Source of the DNA: Limnohabitans sp. Rim8 | GTDB taxonomy: Bacteria > Pseudomonadota > Gammaproteobacteria > Burkholderiales > Burkholderiaceae_C | Reading direction: 5' to 3' | Assembly: GCA_945897795.1 (NCBI GenBank) | Contig: CAMDFT010000002.1 | Span: 12,277-76,276, forward strand | DNA length: 64,000 bases | Shown: one piece after another, positions 33,223 through 43,747 of the stretch | Position numbering within the stretch: position 1 is the stretch's first letter | Layout: every line of letters begins with the position of its first letter | Notes under the pieces: model-generated | What the model saw: the letters and a program-made list of their open reading frames with translations, nothing else | Database searches by the model: none | What the model was told of the DNA's origin: nothing | Position numbers and translations under genes: made by a program

Positions 33223-34950
33223 ATGATGAGCAGCCAGAGCCACGATGCGGAATTTGATGTGCTGGTCATTGGCACAGGGGCTTCAGGCATGGCCACTGCC
33301 GTAACCGCTGCCTCCCAAGGGCTGAAGGTTCTGGTGGTTGAAAAGGGCGCACTGTATGGGGGCACCACCGCCCGCTCCGGCGGTTGGCTTTGGGTGCCCG
33401 GCACGCACTTGGCCGCAGAGCAAGGCATTCATGAAACGCCCGGTGCGGCCAAGGCCTATCTGAAAGACCAAGGTGGCACGCACTATGACGAAGCGCGGGT
33501 GGATGCGTTTTTGGCAAACGGTCCCAAGGCCATCGAGTTTTTCACCAGCAAGACCTGCTTGCAGTTCGACATGCCGCCGGTTTTTCCCGACTACCACGCC
33601 GAAGCGCCAGGCGGCACGGCAGGCGGTCGCTCCATGGTCACGCGCCCCTTTGATGCCCGCCAGCTGGGAGACAAAGTCAAGACCCTGGCCCCTCCCGTGC
33701 CTGAGTTGACGGTGTTCGGCATGATGCTCGGTTCTGGCAAAGAACTCTGGCATTTCTTGCGGGCCTTCAAATCGGGCGAGTCCTTTCTCTATGTGGCCAA
33801 GCGCTTCGGCTTGCACTTTCTCGATGTGCTCCGCCACGGCCGTGGCATGACCTTGACTAATGGCAATGCGCTGGCGGGCCGTTTGGCCAAGGCTGGTATG
33901 GATCTGGGCATTCCGGTGTGGCTCAACAGCCCAGCAAAGAAATTGATCATGCAAGGCGACAGCATTGTGGGTGCCGTCATAGAGCATGAGGGTCAAAGTG
34001 TGGAGGTCCGTGTCCGGCGGGGTGTGGTGCTGGCGGCTGGCGGCTTTCCGCATGACATCGAGCGGCGCAAGCAGTTGTTTCCTCACGCCCCGACAGGCCG
34101 TGAACATTTCACGCCATCACCAACGCTCAACACCGGCGATGGTGTGCGTTTGGGTGAAAGTGCCAAGGGTTGGTTGGACCCCACCATTCCCAATGCAGCG
34201 GCGTGGTGCCCCACTTCGCTGGTGCCTCGGTCAGATGGCAGCACCGGCGTGATGCCCCACTTTATTGACCGTGCCAAACCGGGTGTGATTGCGGTGGCCG
34301 CAGATGGACTCCGGTTCAGCAATGAAGCTTTCTCATACCATGACTTTGTGCAAGACTTGGTCAAGGCCTGCAAGCAAAGAAACCTGGGCGAAGTGATGTG
34401 TTGGCTCATTTGCGATCACCACCACTTGCGTGAATATGGCTTGGGCGCGGTGGCCAAGTTTCCTTTGCCAATCGGCAGGCATTTGCGCTCGGGTTACCTC
34501 AAGCGGGCCGACACCTTGGCGCAGTTGGCGCAGACCATTGGGGTGCCCGAGCAAGCACTGACCCAAGAGGTGGCCATGTTCAACCGGGATGTGCCCAGTG
34601 GCGTGGACTCCCAATTTGCAAAGGGCAGCACTGCCTACAACCGCTATCAGGGTGACTCGCTGGTTCAGCCCAATCCCTGCATGGCCCCGATTGCGCAAGG
34701 TCCGTTTTACGCCATCCGTGTGGTGGTGGGTGAAATCGGAACCTTTGCTGGGCTGCTAACCGATGCGGCTTGTCGCGTGCTGACGCAGGACAGACAAGTT
34801 GTTCCCGGTCTTTACGCGGTAGGCAATGATGCGGCCAGCGTGATGGGTGGCAACTACCCTGGTGCGGGCATTACCCTTGGGCCAGCCATCACCTTTGGAT
34901 ACGTGGCCGGTATGCAGTTGGCATCTGGCGCATCTGTGATCTCGCGGTGA
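33223..34950 (+). CDS. FAD-dependent oxidoreductase (3-ketosteroid dehydrogenase/SdhA-like, FAD_binding_2)
   Basis: VIGTGASG, TARSGGWLWVP, LAAGGF, GLYAVGND, YPGAGITLGP. Confidence 0.88.
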   Translation: MMSSQSHDAEFDVLVIGTGASGMATAVTAASQGLKVLVVEKGALYGGTTARSGGWLWVPGTHLAAEQGIHETPGAAKAYLKDQGGTHYDEARVDAFLANGPKAIEFFTSKTCLQFDMPPVFPDYHAEAPGGTAGGRSMVTRPFDARQLGDKVKTLAPPVPELTVFGMMLGSGKELWHFLRAFKSGESFLYVAKRFGLHFLDVLRHGRGMTLTNGNALAGRLAKAGMDLGIPVWLNSPAKKLIMQGDSIVGAVIEHEGQSVEVRVRRGVVLAAGGFPHDIERRKQLFPHAPTGREHFTPSPTLNTGDGVRLGESAKGWLDPTIPNAAAWCPTSLVPRSDGSTGVMPHFIDRAKPGVIAVAADGLRFSNEAFSYHDFVQDLVKACKQRNLGEVMCWLICDHHHLREYGLGAVAKFPLPIGRHLRSGYLKRADTLAQLAQTIGVPEQALTQEVAMFNRDVPSGVDSQFAKGSTAYNRYQGDSLVQPNPCMAPIAQGPFYAIRVVVGEIGTFAGLLTDAACRVLTQDRQVVPGLYAVGNDAASVMGGNYPGAGITLGPAITFGYVAGMQLASGASVISR

Positions 34951-35732
34951 TCGGCATGCAGATCTCAGACCACATCGCACCCAAAATTTTGCAAGGCCGA
35001 CTGGCCTTGGTTACTGGTGGTGGTCAAGGCAATGGGCAGGCCATTGCCCTTGGGCTGGCACATGCCGGCGCCCGCGTCATCGTCACCGACCTGAATGAAG
35101 TCAACGCCCAGAAGGTGGCGCAAGACATTCGCCAGCAAGGCTGGCAGGCGTGGGCCTTCCGGCAGGATGTGACCGATGAGGCTGCCAACCTGGCCTTGGC
35201 CGAGCGGGTTTTGCGTGATATTGGCCCGATCGACATCCTGATCAACAACGCGGGCATCATCATTCGGGAGGGGGTTGACAGCCCCAACGCGGTGAGCAAT
35301 CTGGCGCTGATGCTCAAGGTCAATGTGATGGGCTCTTTCATTCCTGTGCACAGCTGGTTGCCCGCCTTGCGTGCAACAAAGGGTTGCATCATCAACTTGG
35401 CCTCGATTGCGGCAACGGCAGGTTTGGCAGGCACCATGGGCTACTCGCCTTCCAAAGGGGCCGTCAAGCTCATGACGCAGGCCCTGGCCGTGGAGCTGGC
35501 CGATGACGGCATCCGTGTCAACGCATTGGCCCCGGGGGTCATAGAAACCCCCATGACAGCCCCCACACGTGAAGCACCGGAAAAGCTGGCCAGGTTCATG
35601 CAACGCACCCCCATGAAGCGTGTGGGTCAAGTGCAAGAGTTGATTGGCCCCATTGTTTTTCTGGCTTCCGACATGGCCTCCTATGTGACAGGTGTGACCC
35701 TGCCCGTGGATGGTGGATTTCTCGCGGGCTGA
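34947..35732 (+). CDS. Short-chain dehydrogenase/reductase
   Basis: TGGGQGNG, INNAG, YSPSK (YxxxK), VDGG; start GTG 34947 or ATG 34956. Confidence 0.92.
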   Translation: MIGMQISDHIAPKILQGRLALVTGGGQGNGQAIALGLAHAGARVIVTDLNEVNAQKVAQDIRQQGWQAWAFRQDVTDEAANLALAERVLRDIGPIDILINNAGIIIREGVDSPNAVSNLALMLKVNVMGSFIPVHSWLPALRATKGCIINLASIAATAGLAGTMGYSPSKGAVKLMTQALAVELADDGIRVNALAPGVIETPMTAPTREAPEKLARFMQRTPMKRVGQVQELIGPIVFLASDMASYVTGVTLPVDGGFLAG

Positions 35733-35796
35733 GCCCGCACACAGTTCCCGTAAGCGCTTTCAACGAGCAACCTGCTCACAACAAAAGGAGACAACC

Positions 35797-36990
35797 ATGA
35801 AACTTTCTTCTCTCTTTCAACGCAGCCTGCTGGCTGCAAGTCTGGTGGTAGCCAGCTTGGCGCAGGCCCAAGACATCAAGCTTGGCTACAACGGTGACTT
35901 GTCGGCGTCACCGTCAGCCCAAAGTGGGCATGCTGCGGTTCTGGGCATGCAGGCCGCCATGGAGGACATCAATGCAGCGGGGGGCGTTTTGGGGCGTAAA
36001 CTCGTGCTGGTCACTCGGGATGACATGTCGCAGCCACCGAAGTCGATCCAGAACATGAGCGAGTTGATCGACAACGAAAAAGTGGTTGCAGTGTTTGGTC
36101 CGACCAACTCGGGCAACGCCATGGCCTGGAAGCACATTCCCAATCAGAAAAAGATTCCGGTGATCGGCAACGTGGGCTCGGGCACCGACATCACCAAGCC
36201 CATGAGCGCGGGCGCAGACAACTACATGTTCCGTGTCTCCATGGTTGATCGTGATCAGGTCGGCGCCTTGATGGCTTACGTGAAAAACAACAGCGCCTCC
36301 AAAGTTGTGGGCCTGATGGCGGAGACGACCGGCTACGGCCAAGGCGGTCTCAAGGACATGCAGGAAATTGCCGCATTGCAGGGCCTCAAAATTGTGGCCA
36401 CCGAGCGCTTTGCCGTGGCCGATACCGACATGACGTCGCAGCTCAACAAAATGAAGTCGGCCAACGTGGACACCGTTGTGGTGTGGGCGCAAGGCACACC
36501 CATTGCCCAACTGATGCGCAGCATGGAGAAGATCAACTACTTCCCCACCACACTGACCTCGTGGGCCGCAGACAACATCACTTTCTACGATGCGGCAGGC
36601 AAGACACTGGCCAACAAACCGATCTTCATGCGGACCGTCAGTGAAAGCAAAAATCCTGTGCAGCAAAAATTGTTTGACCGCATTGGCGGCAAGCTCAAGG
36701 CGCCCAGTTCTTTCTCGTTTGCCTTGCATGGTTACGACTCGGTTCAGTTGCTCGCTGCAGGCATCAAGCAGGCCAACAGCGTGGATGGCGCTGCCATCAA
36801 GAACGCACTGGAAGATCTGCGCGCGCCTGTGCAAGGTGTGCTCAAGACCTACAACAAACCTTTTAGCAAAACCCAGCGTGAAGCGCTGACTGCACCTGAC
36901 TTCGTTTGGATCAAATGGAACGACGGCCGCTTGGAGCCCTACAGCGATCCAGTCATCAAGGGCTTGTCGCAGTCTGACTTCAAGTACTGA
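35797..36990 (+). CDS. Branched-chain amino acid-type ABC substrate-binding protein (LivJ-like)
   Basis: Signal peptide, INAAGGVLGRKL, GPTNSG; AAGGAG RBS before ATG 35797. Confidence 0.9.
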   Translation: MKLSSLFQRSLLAASLVVASLAQAQDIKLGYNGDLSASPSAQSGHAAVLGMQAAMEDINAAGGVLGRKLVLVTRDDMSQPPKSIQNMSELIDNEKVVAVFGPTNSGNAMAWKHIPNQKKIPVIGNVGSGTDITKPMSAGADNYMFRVSMVDRDQVGALMAYVKNNSASKVVGLMAETTGYGQGGLKDMQEIAALQGLKIVATERFAVADTDMTSQLNKMKSANVDTVVVWAQGTPIAQLMRSMEKINYFPTTLTSWAADNITFYDAAGKTLANKPIFMRTVSESKNPVQQKLFDRIGGKLKAPSSFSFALHGYDSVQLLAAGIKQANSVDGAAIKNALEDLRAPVQGVLKTYNKPFSKTQREALTAPDFVWIKWNDGRLEPYSDPVIKGLSQSDFKY

Positions 36991-37020
36991 GCTGGACTTG
37001 GTCCTTTCATTGACCCCGTG

Positions 37021-37042
37021 CCCTCACGCCAAGGCGTGAGGG
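37021..37042. other. Intercistronic stem-loop after the SBP gene
   Basis: CCCTCACGCC-AA-GGCGTGAGGG, perfect 10-bp arms; no U-tract. Confidence 0.6.
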
Positions 37043-37058
37043 GCGAATCGGAAAACGC

Positions 37059-37982
37059 ATGGACGTCGCATTTTTACAGGCACTTATCAGCGGCTTGGCT
37101 GTCGGCAGTGCCTATGCCTTGGTCGCGCTGGGTTTCAGCGTGACTTTCACTACCACCCGCACGCTGAATTTTTCACACGGAGAATTTGTCTCTGCGGGTG
37201 CTTTCATCGGCATGAGTGTCTTGCTGCTGGTTGTGGGCAAGCCGCTGACCTCGACCTCTTTCAGCGGCATGCAGCCTGGCGCCATGGGGCAGTTGCTGGC
37301 CCTGTTGGGAGCCCTTGCGGGTATGGGCCTGATTGGCTGGCTGTTGTTTGTGCTCGGGGTGCGACCTTTTGCTCGCCGTCCGGGCATGGCATGGGTCATG
37401 AGCACCCTTGGCTTTGGCGTGATCTTGCAAAGTGTGGGCTTGGCCATCTGGGGCCCCAAGCCGGTGGTGGTGCCCAGTCCGGTGGGGGATGACGTGATCC
37501 GTCTGTTGGGTGTGGGCGTCCGTCCGCAAGAGTTGTTGATGCTGTTGGTGGCCGTGGTGGTCATGCTGGTGTTTGACCATGTCATGCGTCGCACCGTGGT
37601 GGGCAATGCGATGCGCGCCGTTGCACACAATCCGGGGGTGGCCAGCCTGATGGGCATCAATGTCAATGCCATGATGATTGGTGCGTTTGTTGTGAGCTCG
37701 GCTTTGGCGGGCTTGTCGGGGTTCATGCTGGCCCCTATTGCCCAGGCTTCCCTTTACATGGGGCTGGCGGTCGGACTCAAGGGTTTTTCTGCCGCCATGA
37801 TTGGTGGATTGTCCAATGCACGGGGTTGTGTGATGGGCGGATTTTTGTTGGGTGTGTTGGAGTCGTTTGTGAATTTATGGTCCGCACAATGGCGTGAAGT
37901 CGCTGTCTTCGCGCTGGTGATTCTGGTGCTGGCTTTCAGACCTACGGGACTGTTTGGCAGCAAAGTGGTGGAAAAGGTATGA
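37059..37982 (+). CDS. LivH-like ABC permease
   Basis: YALVALGF..LNFSHGEF, GNAMRAVA, RPTGLFG. Confidence 0.92.
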   Translation: MDVAFLQALISGLAVGSAYALVALGFSVTFTTTRTLNFSHGEFVSAGAFIGMSVLLLVVGKPLTSTSFSGMQPGAMGQLLALLGALAGMGLIGWLLFVLGVRPFARRPGMAWVMSTLGFGVILQSVGLAIWGPKPVVVPSPVGDDVIRLLGVGVRPQELLMLLVAVVVMLVFDHVMRRTVVGNAMRAVAHNPGVASLMGINVNAMMIGAFVVSSALAGLSGFMLAPIAQASLYMGLAVGLKGFSAAMIGGLSNARGCVMGGFLLGVLESFVNLWSAQWREVAVFALVILVLAFRPTGLFGSKVVEKV

Positions 37983-39778
37983 AAGCCCTGCCCAACACCG
38001 CAGCAGCAATTGTGCTGACCGTGCTGCTGGCCGCAGGTGTGGGCCTGCTCAGCAACGATTACTACCTGCGCATCGCGTTCATGATCTGCGTCTATTACCT
38101 GTGCGGCGCTGGCATGAATGTGCTGGTGGGCTATGCCGGACAAAAGTCGTTGGGCCAGGCAGGCTTGTTTGCAGCAGGGGCTTACGCTGTGGCCTTGCTG
38201 ACGATCAAGACCGAGATGAACCCTTGGTTGGCGCTGGCTTTGTCTGCTGTGGTGGCCGGTGTGGCTGGGGTATTGATCGCTTTGCCTTCACTGCGTGTCA
38301 AAGGGCCGTATCTGGCCATGGTGACACTGGCCTTTGGTGTTGTGGTTGAAAAAATCGTGACCGAATGGACAGATGTCTTTGGTGGTGCCAGTGGCTTGTT
38401 TGGCATCCGTCCGATCACCTGGAACGGTGCGCCACTCGATATGCAGCAATGGGTCTGGCTGGGGCTTTGTTTGTCATTGATAACGCATTTGTTGCTGCGC
38501 AATTTGATGGAGGGGCGCGTAGGCCGTGCGCTCTTGTCATTGCAGGCCGATGAAATCGCGGCGGCCTCGGTGGGTGTACGTGTTTACCGTGCCAAGGTGA
38601 TGGCCTTTGTGGTGGCGGCCATCACGTGCGGCATTGCGGGTGCTTTGGTGGCGCAGCAAAACCAATACATCAATTCGGACTTCATCACGGTTCATCTGTC
38701 GATCTTCATTTTGCTGCTGGTGCTTTTTGGTGGTGTGGGCTCGCTGTATGGGCCCATGGTCAGCGCCTTGTTGCTCACGGTGATTGATGCGGCATTGGCG
38801 TCCTGGCCCTCTGTGCAGCATTTCCTTTATGGCGCGCTGCTGCTTTTTGCGTTGTACGTGATGCCCGGCGGCGTGATGGGGGTGTGGGGTGCCTGGCGCA
38901 AGCGCAGACAGACGCCTGTGTCGCCGCAAGCAACGGTCATGACCGGCGACCTTCAGTTTTCGCGGGGTGGACCAGGGGCCTTGCTTCAGGTGCAAGGCAT
39001 TTGCAAGGCCTATGGGGGTGTCAAAACAGCGCAAGATGTGTCGTTCAGTTTGCAGCGAGGCCATGTGCATGCCTTGATCGGCCCCAACGGCGCGGGCAAG
39101 ACCACCATGATCAACATGCTCACGGGCATCGTGGCGCCAGATGCGGGCGTGATTGAATTTGCAGGGCGCAATGTGGTGGGGCTGCAAGCCCACGAAATTT
39201 GCACGCTGGGCATGGGCCGCACATTTCAAAACTTGCGCTTGTTCGGTGATTTGTCGGTGCTTGACAACGTCATGCTCGGGCGTCACAGCCGCATGCGCAA
39301 TGGCTTTTTTGCTTCCTTGCTGGCCTTGCCATCATCGCGGGCTCAAGAAGAAGCAGCGCGCTGCCATGCATTGGCGTTGCTGCAGCTGGTGGGCTTGCTG
39401 CACCTGGCGAATGCATCGGCGGGCAGCTTGCCTTATGGTTTGCAACGCCGCGTGGAGTTGGCTCGTGCGTTGGCCACAGACCCGCAGCTGTTGCTGCTCG
39501 ATGAACCCGCAGCGGGCCTCAATCCGCAGGAGACGGCAGAGCTTGGCGAATTGCTGGTGCGCATCAGCCGCATGGGGCTGAGCATTTTGATGGTGGAACA
39601 CCACATGGACTTGGTCATGCGCATTTCGGACCATGTGATCGTGCTGGATTACGGCATCAAAATCGCCGAGGGTGCACCCGCGCACATCCAGCGAAATGCG
39701 AGGGTGATCGAGGCCTATCTGGGTGGTGAGTCGCCCGATACTCTGGCGCCCGTGAGAGGACAAGATGCTGAAAATTGA
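37979..39778 (+). CDS. Fused LivM-like permease / LivG-like ATPase
   Basis: GYAGQKSLGQA and GPYLAMVTLAF, then GPNGAGKTT and LLLDEPAAG. Confidence 0.92.
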   Translation: MKALPNTAAAIVLTVLLAAGVGLLSNDYYLRIAFMICVYYLCGAGMNVLVGYAGQKSLGQAGLFAAGAYAVALLTIKTEMNPWLALALSAVVAGVAGVLIALPSLRVKGPYLAMVTLAFGVVVEKIVTEWTDVFGGASGLFGIRPITWNGAPLDMQQWVWLGLCLSLITHLLLRNLMEGRVGRALLSLQADEIAAASVGVRVYRAKVMAFVVAAITCGIAGALVAQQNQYINSDFITVHLSIFILLLVLFGGVGSLYGPMVSALLLTVIDAALASWPSVQHFLYGALLLFALYVMPGGVMGVWGAWRKRRQTPVSPQATVMTGDLQFSRGGPGALLQVQGICKAYGGVKTAQDVSFSLQRGHVHALIGPNGAGKTTMINMLTGIVAPDAGVIEFAGRNVVGLQAHEICTLGMGRTFQNLRLFGDLSVLDNVMLGRHSRMRNGFFASLLALPSSRAQEEAARCHALALLQLVGLLHLANASAGSLPYGLQRRVELARALATDPQLLLLDEPAAGLNPQETAELGELLVRISRMGLSILMVEHHMDLVMRISDHVIVLDYGIKIAEGAPAHIQRNARVIEAYLGGESPDTLAPVRGQDAEN

Positions 39779-40475
39779 ATCGATTGAAATGGCTTATGGC
39801 GCCATCGATGCGGTCAAAGGCGTAACGCTGCACGTCAAGGCCGGTGAGGTGGTGGCGATCATCGGCGCCAATGGTGCGGGCAAGAGCACTTTGCTCAAGG
39901 GCATCGTGGGACTGGAGCCCATCGCGGCAGGGCAGATCTTCATCCATGGACAAGATTGCACACACATGCCCGCCCACCTGCGGGTGGGCGTGGGTGTAGC
40001 GCTCGCACCTGAGGGGCGCGGTGTTTTTCCTGACCAGACAGTGCAGGAAAACCTGATGCTGGGGGCCTACAGCTTGCGCAAAGACCCGGCCCGCATAGCG
40101 GTTCTTATGGGGCGGGAGTTTGAACGCTTTCCGCGCTTGGCTGAACGTTGCCATCAGATGGCCGGCACCTTGTCGGGGGGCGAACAACAAATGCTGGCCA
40201 TTTCACGCGCACTCATGAGCGAGCCCCAGTTGCTGTTGCTGGACGAGCCCTCACTGGGTTTGGCGCCCTTGATCATTGCCGAGATTTTCAAATCGATCCG
40301 TGCACTGGCTGACGCTGGTTTGACCATCTTGCTTGTGGAGCAAATGGCCAACCAAGCCCTGGCCGTTGCCCACCGCGCTTATGTGCTGGAAACTGGCCAC
40401 ATCACGCTCGAAGGCAGCGGGCAAGAGTTGCTGCACAACCCAGCTGTTCGTGCCGCGTATCTGGGATCGCATTGA
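39765..40475 (+). CDS. LivF-like ABC ATP-binding protein
   Basis: GANGAGKST, LSGGEQQMLA, DEPSLGLAP, AYVLETG. Confidence 0.94.
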   Translation: MLKIESIEMAYGAIDAVKGVTLHVKAGEVVAIIGANGAGKSTLLKGIVGLEPIAAGQIFIHGQDCTHMPAHLRVGVGVALAPEGRGVFPDQTVQENLMLGAYSLRKDPARIAVLMGREFERFPRLAERCHQMAGTLSGGEQQMLAISRALMSEPQLLLLDEPSLGLAPLIIAEIFKSIRALADAGLTILLVEQMANQALAVAHRAYVLETGHITLEGSGQELLHNPAVRAAYLGSH

Positions 40476-40534
40476 GCACTCGCCCTGTGCTGGGCAAGCG
40501 GTCACCCCGCAATTGTTGGATAGCGCACCTCGGT

Positions 40535-40603
40535 TTGAGGGTTGGCTTCACCCCGACTTGAGGGATGGCGTCACCCTGGCTTGAGGGATGGCGTCACCCT
40601 GGA
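40535..40603. repeat. Three tandem 23-bp units (TTGAGGGATGGCGTCACCCTGGC consensus)
   Basis: Units at 40535, 40558, 40581; the last two are 22/23 identical. Confidence 0.85.
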
Positions 40604-40660
40604 TTTGATCCGGGGTCCATGCTTCGTGTGCCATGGATGCCGGATCAAGTCCGGCATGAC
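40593..40660. repeat. REP/RPE-like inverted palindrome pair (GTCATGCCGGACTTGATCCGGCATCCATG type)
   Basis: 40593-40621 matches the reverse complement of 40632-40660 at 23/29; each arm is itself a hairpin; lies between convergent genes. Confidence 0.8.
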
Positions 40661-40699
40661 ACGATTTTTTGTCCAGCATGACAAAGCCAAGGACAAGCT

Positions 40700-42319
40700 T
40701 CAGCTGAACACGCCGCCGTAGTCTTTGCGCAGGTCGTTTTTCTGCACCTTGCCGGTGCCGCCCACGGGCAGCGATTCGAGGAAGACCACATCGTCGGGCA
40801 CCCACCACTTGGCGACTTTGGTGGCCAAGAAGTCGAGGATTTCTTGCTTCTCCACGGCTTGGCCGGGCTTGCGCACAATGAACAGCAGGGGGCGCTCGTC
40901 CCACTTGGGGTGCTTGACGCCAATCACGGCAGCCATGGCCACGGCCGGGTGACCGATGGCGGCATTTTCCAAGTCGATCGAGCTGATCCACTCGCCACCG
41001 GTCTTGATCACATCTTTGGTGCGGTCGCGGATCTGCATGGTGCCACTTGCGTCGATGGTGGCAATGTCGCCGGTGGGGAACCAGCCGTCCACCAGCGCGG
41101 TTTTCTCGGCTTTGAAGTAGCGCTCCACGATCCACTGGCCGCGCACCATCAGCTCACCTTGTGAGGTGCCGTCGCGTGGCAGGGTCGCGCCGTTTTCATC
41201 CACGATTTTGATCTCGATGCCCGAGACAGTTTTGCCTTGCTTGGCCACGATGGCATGTTGCTCAGCAGCGGGGCGCAGGCGGTCAGCGCGGCTCAGGTTG
41301 CTCATGGTGGCCACAGCGGTGGTTTCGGTCATGCCCCAGCCGTGGCGTACTTCCACGCCATAGGTGTCCATGAATTTGGCGATCAGCGCCATCGGCATGG
41401 CCGAGCCGCCCACGCAGGTGCGCTTCATGTGGGCAAAGCGCAAGTTGTTTTGCTCGACGTGCTGGATCAGGCCCATCCAGATGGTGGGCACGCCCGCGCT
41501 GATGGTGACCTGCTCGGTGTCCATCAGCTCATACAAACTGGCGCCGTCGAGCTTGGGGCCAGGCAAAACCAGTTTGGTGCCCGCCACCAACGCGGCATAG
41601 GGGATGCACCAGGCGTTGATGTGGAACATGGGCACCACGGGCAGCACAGTCTCTTGCGTGGAAAAGCCCAGCACATCGGGCAGGCAAGCGGTAGTGGCGT
41701 CCAGCACGATGGCGCGGTGTGTGTACAGCACGCCCTTGGGGTTGCCGGTGGTGCCCGAGGTGTAGCACAGCGCAGCGCCTGTTTGATCGTCCAGCTCGGG
41801 CCAGTCAAAGGTGTCAACGTGGCCCGTGATCAGGCCTTCGTAGTCCTGCACGCTCACACCGTCGATGGTGGGCGTGTTGGCTGCGTCGGCCAAGCACACC
41901 CAGGCGCGGACCTTGGGGCAATGCGCGGCAATGCCTTTGACCAACGGCGCAAATGTGGCGTCAAACAGCACCACTTCGTCTTCGGCGTGGTTGATCACAT
42001 AAATCAGTTGCTGTGGGTGCAGGCGCGGGTTGCAGGTGTGCATGACCATGCCGCTGCCCGAGACGGCGTAATACGCTTCCAGGTGGCGGTGGTTGTTCCA
42101 GGCGATCGAGCCGACCGCGCTGCCCAACTTCAGGCCCATCTGCGCCAAAGCGTTGGCCAGCTGGCGCGAGCGTTTGGCGGTCTCGGCATAGGTGGTGCGG
42201 TGCAGTGGGCCGTGCGTTTCACGTGAGACGATTTCCGTCTCGCCAAATTGCGCGGCGGCGTGTTCGAGGATGCCCGAAATAAGCAGGGGGCGGTTCATCA
42301 TGAGGCCGGATGTGGTCAT
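40700..42319 (-). CDS. Acyl-CoA ligase (DmdB/AlkK-like AMP-binding enzyme)
   Basis: [50 protein letters not shown]. Confidence 0.92.
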   Translation of the reverse strand: MTTSGLMMNRPLLISGILEHAAAQFGETEIVSRETHGPLHRTTYAETAKRSRQLANALAQMGLKLGSAVGSIAWNNHRHLEAYYAVSGSGMVMHTCNPRLHPQQLIYVINHAEDEVVLFDATFAPLVKGIAAHCPKVRAWVCLADAANTPTIDGVSVQDYEGLITGHVDTFDWPELDDQTGAALCYTSGTTGNPKGVLYTHRAIVLDATTACLPDVLGFSTQETVLPVVPMFHINAWCIPYAALVAGTKLVLPGPKLDGASLYELMDTEQVTISAGVPTIWMGLIQHVEQNNLRFAHMKRTCVGGSAMPMALIAKFMDTYGVEVRHGWGMTETTAVATMSNLSRADRLRPAAEQHAIVAKQGKTVSGIEIKIVDENGATLPRDGTSQGELMVRGQWIVERYFKAEKTALVDGWFPTGDIATIDASGTMQIRDRTKDVIKTGGEWISSIDLENAAIGHPAVAMAAVIGVKHPKWDERPLLFIVRKPGQAVEKQEILDFLATKVAKWWVPDDVVFLESLPVGGTGKVQKNDLRKDYGGVFS

Positions 42320-42349
42320 GGTGGTGTGTCCTGAAAGTTAATGATTGTT

Positions 42350-42435
42350 GTAGGTCGGCGGCTTTAGCCCCGACATGGTGAGCTTGGGCGCATGTCGCAT
42401 GTCGGGGTTAAACGGAGCTAAGGCCACCGACCTAC
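42350..42435. repeat. Inverted pair of GTAG-type REP sequences (REPIN-like)
   Basis: GTAGGTCGGCGGCTTTAGCCCCGACA at 42350-42375; inverted degenerate copy with a ~10-nt insertion at 42400-42435. Confidence 0.8.
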
Positions 42436-42440
42436 CGAAT

Positions 42441-43613
42441 TCAGACCAGCGCCGCATAAACCAGGTCGCGGAACAGGGGCCGATAGTAATCCCTTTGGTT
42501 GGGTGCCTGGACCATCAGCATGGCGTAGAGGTCGAGCGTCGGGTCCACAAAAAAGGTGGTGCCCGCGATGCCGCCCCAGTAATACAAACCCACCGAGCCG
42601 GGCACAGGCGACAGACCCAATTGCGTGCGCACCGCAAACCCGAGGCCAAAGCCGTGGCCCGGCGGAAGCAAGGTGCCGTTGGCCGGGATACCGCCCAAAT
42701 GGTCGGCCGTCATGTAGTCCACTGTGTGGGGACCGAGCAGGCGCACGCCATCCAATTCCCCACGGTTGCGCAGGCATTGCAAAAAGCGGGTGTAGTCCAT
42801 GGCGGTGGACATCAGACCGCCGCCGCCGGCTTCCAGGACGGGCACCTGACGGGGTTCGAGCACCTTCATGGGCACACCGCCATCGGGGTCGTGCGCAAAG
42901 GGCTCGGCAATGCGGTGCTGATGCTCAGGTGGTACGGAAAAGCCGGTGTCCACCATGCCCAATGAGCCAAAGATTTCGGCTTGCAAGAATGCGCCCAAAC
43001 CTTGCCCGCTGACCATTTCGACCAGCCGACCCAGCACATCCGTGGCGCGGCTGTAGGCCCACACGGTGCCGGGCTGGAACTGCAGCGGCACAACAGCCAG
43101 CGTTTGCGAAAACTCGGCGTTGGTCCGCTCGCGTGAGGCGATATTGACCTGTCCATACTTTTGTTGCACAGCCGAGTCGCCCAAAAATTCATACGTCAGA
43201 CCCGCCGTGTGGCGCAGCAGGTCTTGCACTGTGGCAGCTTGCCGCACCGGCTCCAACCCGCTGGCCGTGGCCACCTGCTGGTTGGCATACTCGGGCAACC
43301 AGCGGCTGACCGGGTCGCTCAAGAGCAACTGCCCACGTTCCACCAACATCATCACCGCCACCGACACCAGCGGTTTGGTCATGGAATAAATGCGGAAGAT
43401 GCTGTCGGTTTTCATGGGCGTGCCGGTGCCGGGGTCTTGCTGGCCCACGGCCTCAAACAAGCCGATCTGGCCGCGCCGGGCGATCATGGCCACGGCACCG
43501 GGCAACCTGCCACTGTCCACTTCACGGCGCAGCACATCCATCAGGCGCTGCGTGCGATCGGGGCAAAGGCCCACGACAGCAGGTTGTGCGTGGGCAAGAG
43601 GGGTGAACGTCAT
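42441..43613 (-). CDS. Serine hydrolase / EstB-like esterase (beta-lactamase fold)
   Basis: IYSMTKP (SxxK), LLRHTAG, WAYS, WGGIAGT; start at MTFTPL. Confidence 0.92.
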   Translation of the reverse strand: MTFTPLAHAQPAVVGLCPDRTQRLMDVLRREVDSGRLPGAVAMIARRGQIGLFEAVGQQDPGTGTPMKTDSIFRIYSMTKPLVSVAVMMLVERGQLLLSDPVSRWLPEYANQQVATASGLEPVRQAATVQDLLRHTAGLTYEFLGDSAVQQKYGQVNIASRERTNAEFSQTLAVVPLQFQPGTVWAYSRATDVLGRLVEMVSGQGLGAFLQAEIFGSLGMVDTGFSVPPEHQHRIAEPFAHDPDGGVPMKVLEPRQVPVLEAGGGGLMSTAMDYTRFLQCLRNRGELDGVRLLGPHTVDYMTADHLGGIPANGTLLPPGHGFGLGFAVRTQLGLSPVPGSVGLYYWGGIAGTTFFVDPTLDLYAMLMVQAPNQRDYYRPLFRDLVYAALV

Positions 43614-43747
43614 CGGGTGCTCCAAAACAAACACGTTTTTACAGCAGTCCCTGCGGTTGATGTATCACCTAAAGCAACCGAGGCAGCCAAATATCTGTGC
43701 TGAAGTCCGGGGTGTGGCAAGGTGCTGTGTCGAGCAAATGCACACTA

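Noticed and set aside
37979-39778. LivM-LivG fusion as a novelty
   Set aside because: This fusion architecture is common in proteobacterial Liv-type systems
40535-40603. Possible mini-CRISPR
   Set aside because: Repeats are head-to-tail with no spacers, and there are no cas genes
29054-43613. Two SxxK proteins as antibiotic-resistance beta-lactamases
   Set aside because: No signal peptides or KTG motif seen; features fit cytoplasmic esterase/amide hydrolase families
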